Source: Schmidtea polychroa
Lineage: Eukaryota
Length of the DNA stretch: 64,000 bases
Direction: 5' to 3'
Assembly: GCA_044892525.1 (NCBI GenBank)
Contig: CM097888.1
Coordinates: 26,474,001-26,538,000 of the forward strand
The position numbers were made by a program, and so were the translations under genes. This document shows positions 58,954 to 64,000 of the stretch, piece after piece. A model generated the notes under the pieces. That model saw only the letters and a list, made by a program, of their open reading frames with translations. It did no database searches and was not told the DNA's origin. Position 1 is the first letter of the stretch, and every line of letters starts with the position of its first letter.

Positions 58954-61408
58954 CAGTGGTGCCCAACCTTTTTATCAAGTGGGCAACTATTTAAATGAAA
59001 AAGTCTTTGCGGGCACATTTTTGAAAAATTAGTTAATAGAAAAATGATCTTATAACAATCTTTTTATTAGGAAGCATGCATTTGTATTAAAAATTTAAAA
59101 TAATAAAAATAATAATGTGAAACAAAACAAACAAATTTATTTATAACATTTTAATGCGGCTTTTGAATTTGAGTCTGGCTAACAAGTTGATCAATATCAG
59201 GATTGATTTTTGAATTTGATAATAGAATGAGGTTTTCCAAGTGAGCATCAGTGAGTGAACATCTGAATTTGCTTTTTATGTAGTTCATTGAAGAAAATGT
59301 CTTCTCACAAATGTAAGTTGATCCAAATTTGACCACAAACCGGAGTGCCATGTTGTTAAGTTCAGGATAGTCATTTTTTGGAACAAGCTTCCAGAATGCT
59401 TTTAAGTCGGGTGAAATAGGTGATTCACAAAGCTCTTGAAACTTTCTCTTTAATCCTGTGTGGTTTTGAATGTCAGTAATTTCCATCTGTGTTTTTGGAG
59501 AATACTTGCTGATTTCACTTTCTGATATAGAGAATGGATTAATGAACAATAAAATGTTATCCTTCTCTGCCTCAAAGTCAGAAAATCGAGAAGAAAATGA
59601 ATGAGACAAATTCATAATGGCAAGTTTGTATTTTTCATAGTCCAAGTTGACAGTGATTGAACTTTCAAGTTGAAATTTCTGAAGCGTGGGGAAAAGATCC
59701 AGATTTCCTTGAGAAAGACTGTTATAAAACAGTTTTAATTTTGCCTTAAATGCATTGATTTGATTGAATAGTGTTGGGAACAAACTATTTTCACCTTGCA
59801 ATCCTGTGTTCAAGATGTTCAGGTAATTTGTGACATCAACAAGAAAAGCCAATTCACTCAACCAGGAATTGTTTTTCAAAAGATCACACTCGGTAGGCAA
59901 CTCTTTTTTCTCTTCCAAAAATTGCAGTACTTGGGTCCTTAACTGGAAAAATCTTGACAGCATTTTTCCCTTTGACAACCAGCGAACAGAGCAATGGAGC
60001 AAAAGTTCACCACAATCATCGGTTTCCTCTTCAAACAGGGATCGGAACTCTCTTCTATTTAGAGATCGTGCTCTAATCTTGTTAATACAGTGCACAGCTG
60101 TGTCAATAACATGCTTGAATTCCATATCCTTTGAGCAAAGAACTTCTTGATGAATAATGCAATGGTACTTAAAAAGTTTTCTTTTTAGATATTTTTCTAG
60201 AAGGGAAACACAACCGTTGTTTTTTCCAACCATTGCAGGAGCTCCATCTGTGCAGATACTTTCCAGTTGATTCCAGTTGAGCTTATACTCGTTGATGCTT
60301 GAATTTTCCACAAAATCTTTCAGTGCTTCAAAGATATCGGCTCCATTTGTTGTGGTTTTCAGTTGACAAAGGCCAAGAAGTTCCTGAACAACATCGAAGT
60401 TTTCATTGACACATCTTATATAAACCAGTAATTGAGCACTGTCAGTTGCATCACAGCTTTCATCAATTGCAATTGAAAAGTATTTTGAAAGTGAAGCAGC
60501 AACAATAATTTGTTTTGAGACATCATTGGCCATTTCTTCAATTCTCCGAGTAACTGTATTTCTTGAAAGTGCTATGTTTTTGGACAGCAATTTGTTTTTT
60601 GGGTCACCTGAGTTTTCAGCAAAAATAGAAATTGCCTCTTTTACCATTTCACCATCTGAATAACTTTTTTTTAATCTGGCAAGCAGCAGGGAAATTTGAA
60701 AGGAAGCTTTTGTCATACCGTGCATTTCTTCTTGTCTTTTGGTAAAAAATGTTTGCTGAACTGCAAGTTTCGATTTTCTCTTTGAAATAAAGTCAGTTCT
60801 GTCTGCAGATCCAATTGGGTATTTGATTTTGAATTCTGAATGCATCTGATTAAAATGACGTTCCACATTGTATATTTTATAGACTGCAACTGTGTCATTA
60901 CAAATCAGACAAATTGGCCTTGACGATTGTGAATGTGTGAACAAAAATTGTTCTTCCCAGTTATTTCTTAACACTTGTTGCGCAGATTTTTCATATTCAC
61001 GTTTTCTTTTTTGAGACATCCCTTTGCTGAGAGACATTTTTGTAAAAACAAAAATTATTTTTTTTATTTGGATAAATTGTTGTCCACACTGAGAGATTGT
61101 TTTTGGTTGACTGATTTAAATAGAGTTTTTTAACTAACGATGTAACGATATTTGAGTTAATTAATTTTAATTTAAAGTAGGAAAAAATTTAATTTTCTTG
61201 GAATTCCCATTTAATAATTAATTGTTGGGATTGATTAATTTTAATTTCGAAAACTAAAAATGCACTTGTAATTCTCATTGAAACATTATACATCTTAATG
61301 TTAAAAATTGATATTTTCTTTAACCGTATTTAGAAAAACACCCACGGGCATTTGAAAAAGTCTCCACGGGCACTTTTTTGCCCGCGGGCACTAGGTTGGG
61401 CACCACTG
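58954..61408 (-). mobile_element. Intact hAT DNA transposon (Buster/SPIN-like), 2455 bp
   Basis: Perfect 16-bp TIRs CAGTGGTGCCCAACCT; perfect 8-bp TSD ATTTAAAA (58946-58953 and 61409-61416). Confidence 0.97.
59151..61037 (-). CDS. hAT transposase, 628 aa, uninterrupted
   Basis: BED-like CLIC...HFNQMH; catalytic IAIDES, CTDGA and CEKTFS; CIIH and VRWL motifs. Confidence 0.95.
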   Translation of the reverse strand: MSLSKGMSQKRKREYEKSAQQVLRNNWEEQFLFTHSQSSRPICLICNDTVAVYKIYNVERHFNQMHSEFKIKYPIGSADRTDFISKRKSKLAVQQTFFTKRQEEMHGMTKASFQISLLLARLKKSYSDGEMVKEAISIFAENSGDPKNKLLSKNIALSRNTVTRRIEEMANDVSKQIIVAASLSKYFSIAIDESCDATDSAQLLVYIRCVNENFDVVQELLGLCQLKTTTNGADIFEALKDFVENSSINEYKLNWNQLESICTDGAPAMVGKNNGCVSLLEKYLKRKLFKYHCIIHQEVLCSKDMEFKHVIDTAVHCINKIRARSLNRREFRSLFEEETDDCGELLLHCSVRWLSKGKMLSRFFQLRTQVLQFLEEKKELPTECDLLKNNSWLSELAFLVDVTNYLNILNTGLQGENSLFPTLFNQINAFKAKLKLFYNSLSQGNLDLFPTLQKFQLESSITVNLDYEKYKLAIMNLSHSFSSRFSDFEAEKDNILLFINPFSISESEISKYSPKTQMEITDIQNHTGLKRKFQELCESPISPDLKAFWKLVPKNDYPELNNMALRFVVKFGSTYICEKTFSSMNYIKSKFRCSLTDAHLENLILLSNSKINPDIDQLVSQTQIQKPH

Positions 61409-64000
61409 ATTTAAAACATGTAAAATCATGTGCTATAAAGAAGAAACAACCAATACCTAAAAGAGACTCTGAAAGTCATTCTGATCCTGAAGATTCTGAT
61501 ATTGAACCTGAACATATTGAAAAAGAAAAATATAATTGGGATAACTTCAATCACATAGATGTATTTGGAGAACAAATGTTTTCCTCCACAATCTCAGAGT
61601 ATATAAGAGAAAATAAACAAAACATAAAAAATTCAATGGATAATGCTATAAGAATTTTTGGTCGATCAAGATTCAATATTATAAAATATAAAGTTAGAAT
61701 CACTACAAAATATTGGAGAGGAGAAGGAGTAGGTACATCTCCTTTAGATTCTAGTGTTGAATCATCTTTTAAATATTTATTCTCAACAAAAGGAATAAAT
61801 AAAACTATTAAAGATTTATGTAAAGAGATGGAAGAACAACAAGAACAAGTAGAACAAGAATTAGGAGAATCAAATTTAAGATTCCATTCATTTCAAGCTA
61901 TGGAAATTGAATATTGGAGAGCAGCACCACCAAATCCTAAATCTTTTATTCGTACACCATTCACTTCCAACTATGTTATAAATGTAAAGAATAAAGATAA
62001 CAAATGTTTTCAATGGTCAATACTTGCACACTTACATCCTCAACCAAAAAATCCCCAAAGGGTTTCCAAATATAAACAATATGAAAATGAATTAATATAT
62101 CCAAAAGGATTTGAACACCCAATGAAAATTGAAGACATTCCAAAATTTGAAAATTTAAATAATATTAAACTTAATATTTATGAATATGTTCCAGAGAAAG
62201 ATGATTCTATAAAACATATTATTCCAATTTATATTTCAAATAAAGAATTATTAGAACAAGATAAAAATAGAGAAATAGATCTTTTAATATTAGAAGAATT
62301 TAATAATGTTGATCAAAGAGAGTTTAATCAAGGTTATGTTTATAATGAAGAGCAAAGTCCAATAGATGATGAAGAAGGGGCAGGACAAGATTTAAATCTC
62401 CAACAAGAAGAGGAGGAAGATCCAGAACTATTTGAGTCAGGGCTAGATGAAGAGGAATGGCTGGGTGAAGGAGTGGATGAGCAGAACCTAGAAAACCTAG
62501 AAAGGAATCAACATTATATTTTAATAAAAAACTTTCAAAAAACTTTTTTTATGCGCTCAAAAACATTAGCTAGAGGTGGTATAACATGTAAAAGATGTTT
62601 ACATTATTCTACTACTAAAAACTCTATAATTAAACACGAAAGATTATGTGAGAAGAACCAACCAGCTTTAATTAAAATGCCTACAAACACTGACATGCAC
62701 TTTAAAAATTTTTCTAATTTATTAGAATCATTGGGAGTAATATATGGAGACTTTGAAGCAATAAATATAAAGTGTGATTTAGAAAAAGAATATTTAAAAA
62801 TAATAGAAAAAAATAATTTATTAGATTCTTGGCATAATTATTCAGGGGGAGTTCCTCTCAGACCAACATGGTAGACTATGAAAAACTTTCTATGGGAAAA
62901 TAGAAAATCTTATACAATAAGAACTGCTAAACAAATACCATCGGCTTATAAATTATTTTTTAAAAGTAATTACCCCGAACTCATAGAATCTAAAGAATAT
63001 TCATATAGAGGAACTTCTTCAGAAGATGTTTTAGATCATTTTGTTAAAAGTGTAAATGATTTAGAACATGAATTATTTAAAATATTAAAAACAGATTATA
63101 AAATAAAATTTTCAAATGAACAATGGGGAGAATATAAAAATGCTTTAAATTGTTGGATGTGTAAACAACTCTTTGGGAATCCAACCTCTGATACTTCACA
63201 TACCCTTTCCCCTGAGAATCCAACCTCTGATACTTCACTCCCTATGGATCAATTCATTAATAATATTGAAGAAGAAGAACAAAGAATGTTTCATGAAAGA
63301 CAAACAAACACAAAAGTTCCTGATCATGATCATTTTAAAAGTGAAAATAATTATAGAGGAGCTGCTCATAAAAATTGTAATCTTAATTGTCATACTCCTA
63401 AATTTACACCAGTTATATTTCATAATCTTTTTGGATATGATTTACATTTATTTATAAAAGCTCTAGCGGTAAATGCTAAAAACTCTTTCAAAGCTATTGG
63501 CTTAACAAAAGAAAAATATAAATGTGTACAATATGGTTGTTTAAAACTTATAGACTCGTTAAACTTTCTTCAAATGTCTCTAGATGCAATAGCTAAAACA
63601 ATGAAACCAGAAGATTTTAAATATACAATAGAACATGTTTTGAAAAAAAATAATATTCCTCCAGAAGAATATCCTACATGTTTAGCAAAAGGAGTATATC
63701 CTTATGACTATGTTGACTCGTTTGAAAAATATAATGAAACAAAATTACCAGAGAAAGAAGATTTCTATTCCCAACTTCAAAAATCTCATATTACAGATCA
63801 AGAATATTCTCGAGCAAAGAAAATGTGGGATTTATTCAAGTGTAAAACTTTAGGAGAATATACCGACATATATTTATCCCTTGATGTTTATATTTTAACA
63901 GACTGCTTTGAAACCTTCTGTAAAGCCTTTGAATTAAAACCTTATAACTATATAACACTGCCAGCTCTAGCTTGGGATATAATGTTATATAATAAATATT

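Larger units (their letters stand above)
58688..64000 (+). pseudogene. Polinton/Maverick pPolB gene with N-terminal zinc fingers. Disrupted by a frameshift, a hAT insertion and an in-frame TAG; runs off the window.
   Basis: NVKNKDNKCFQWSIL, IPKFENLN, NQHYILIK, IYGDFEA, endonuclease-VII-like CWMC...DHDH...YRGAAHKNCNL, FHNLFGYD, IDSLNF, KGVYPYDY and YLSLDVYILTD. The frame stays open after TAG 62872-62874. Confidence 0.9.

Noticed and set aside
36333-63457. Antisense or overlapping ORFs such as 36333-36662, 40723-40908, 59830-60150, 60713-60898, 63173-63457 and 63235-63423 (also 7109-7336, 11563-11823, 42441-42653)
   Set aside because: They are shadows of real coding sequence on the other strand or in another frame.

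Overview
This is a very AT-rich eukaryotic scaffold, most likely from an invertebrate animal. It uses the standard genetic code, has many 42-51 nt GT-AG introns, and contains seven N-gaps. Host genes I could reconstruct by hand are CCDC149 (minus strand, runs off the left edge), an unnamed coiled-coil gene, an N-terminal CARD-domain gene and a 4-exon GPI-type folate-receptor-family gene. The most striking host feature is a four-copy family of one-intron genes for an unrecognised 83-aa secreted microprotein. Its mature part is identical in all copies despite 7 synonymous differences. Two copies form a 1.19-kb head-to-head palindrome inside a 4-kb intron of another gene. The rest is a dense mobile-element landscape. 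It includes an intact young hAT (2455 bp, perfect TIRs and 8-bp TSD) inserted into a Polinton/Maverick pPolB gene, and a second, internally deleted Polinton with ATPase, PLA2-like and core-protein remnants. Both Polintons carry AGTA-capped terminal hairpins. There are also pogo, piggyBac, Merlin, gypsy, BEL/Pao and hAT remnants and MITEs, a tailless 28S rRNA retrocopy with a 13-bp TSD, a BEL-gag/RACK1 chimeric pseudogene, and a foldback structure that has captured a nearby 116-bp segment. All protein-family calls come from remembered motifs, not from database searches.
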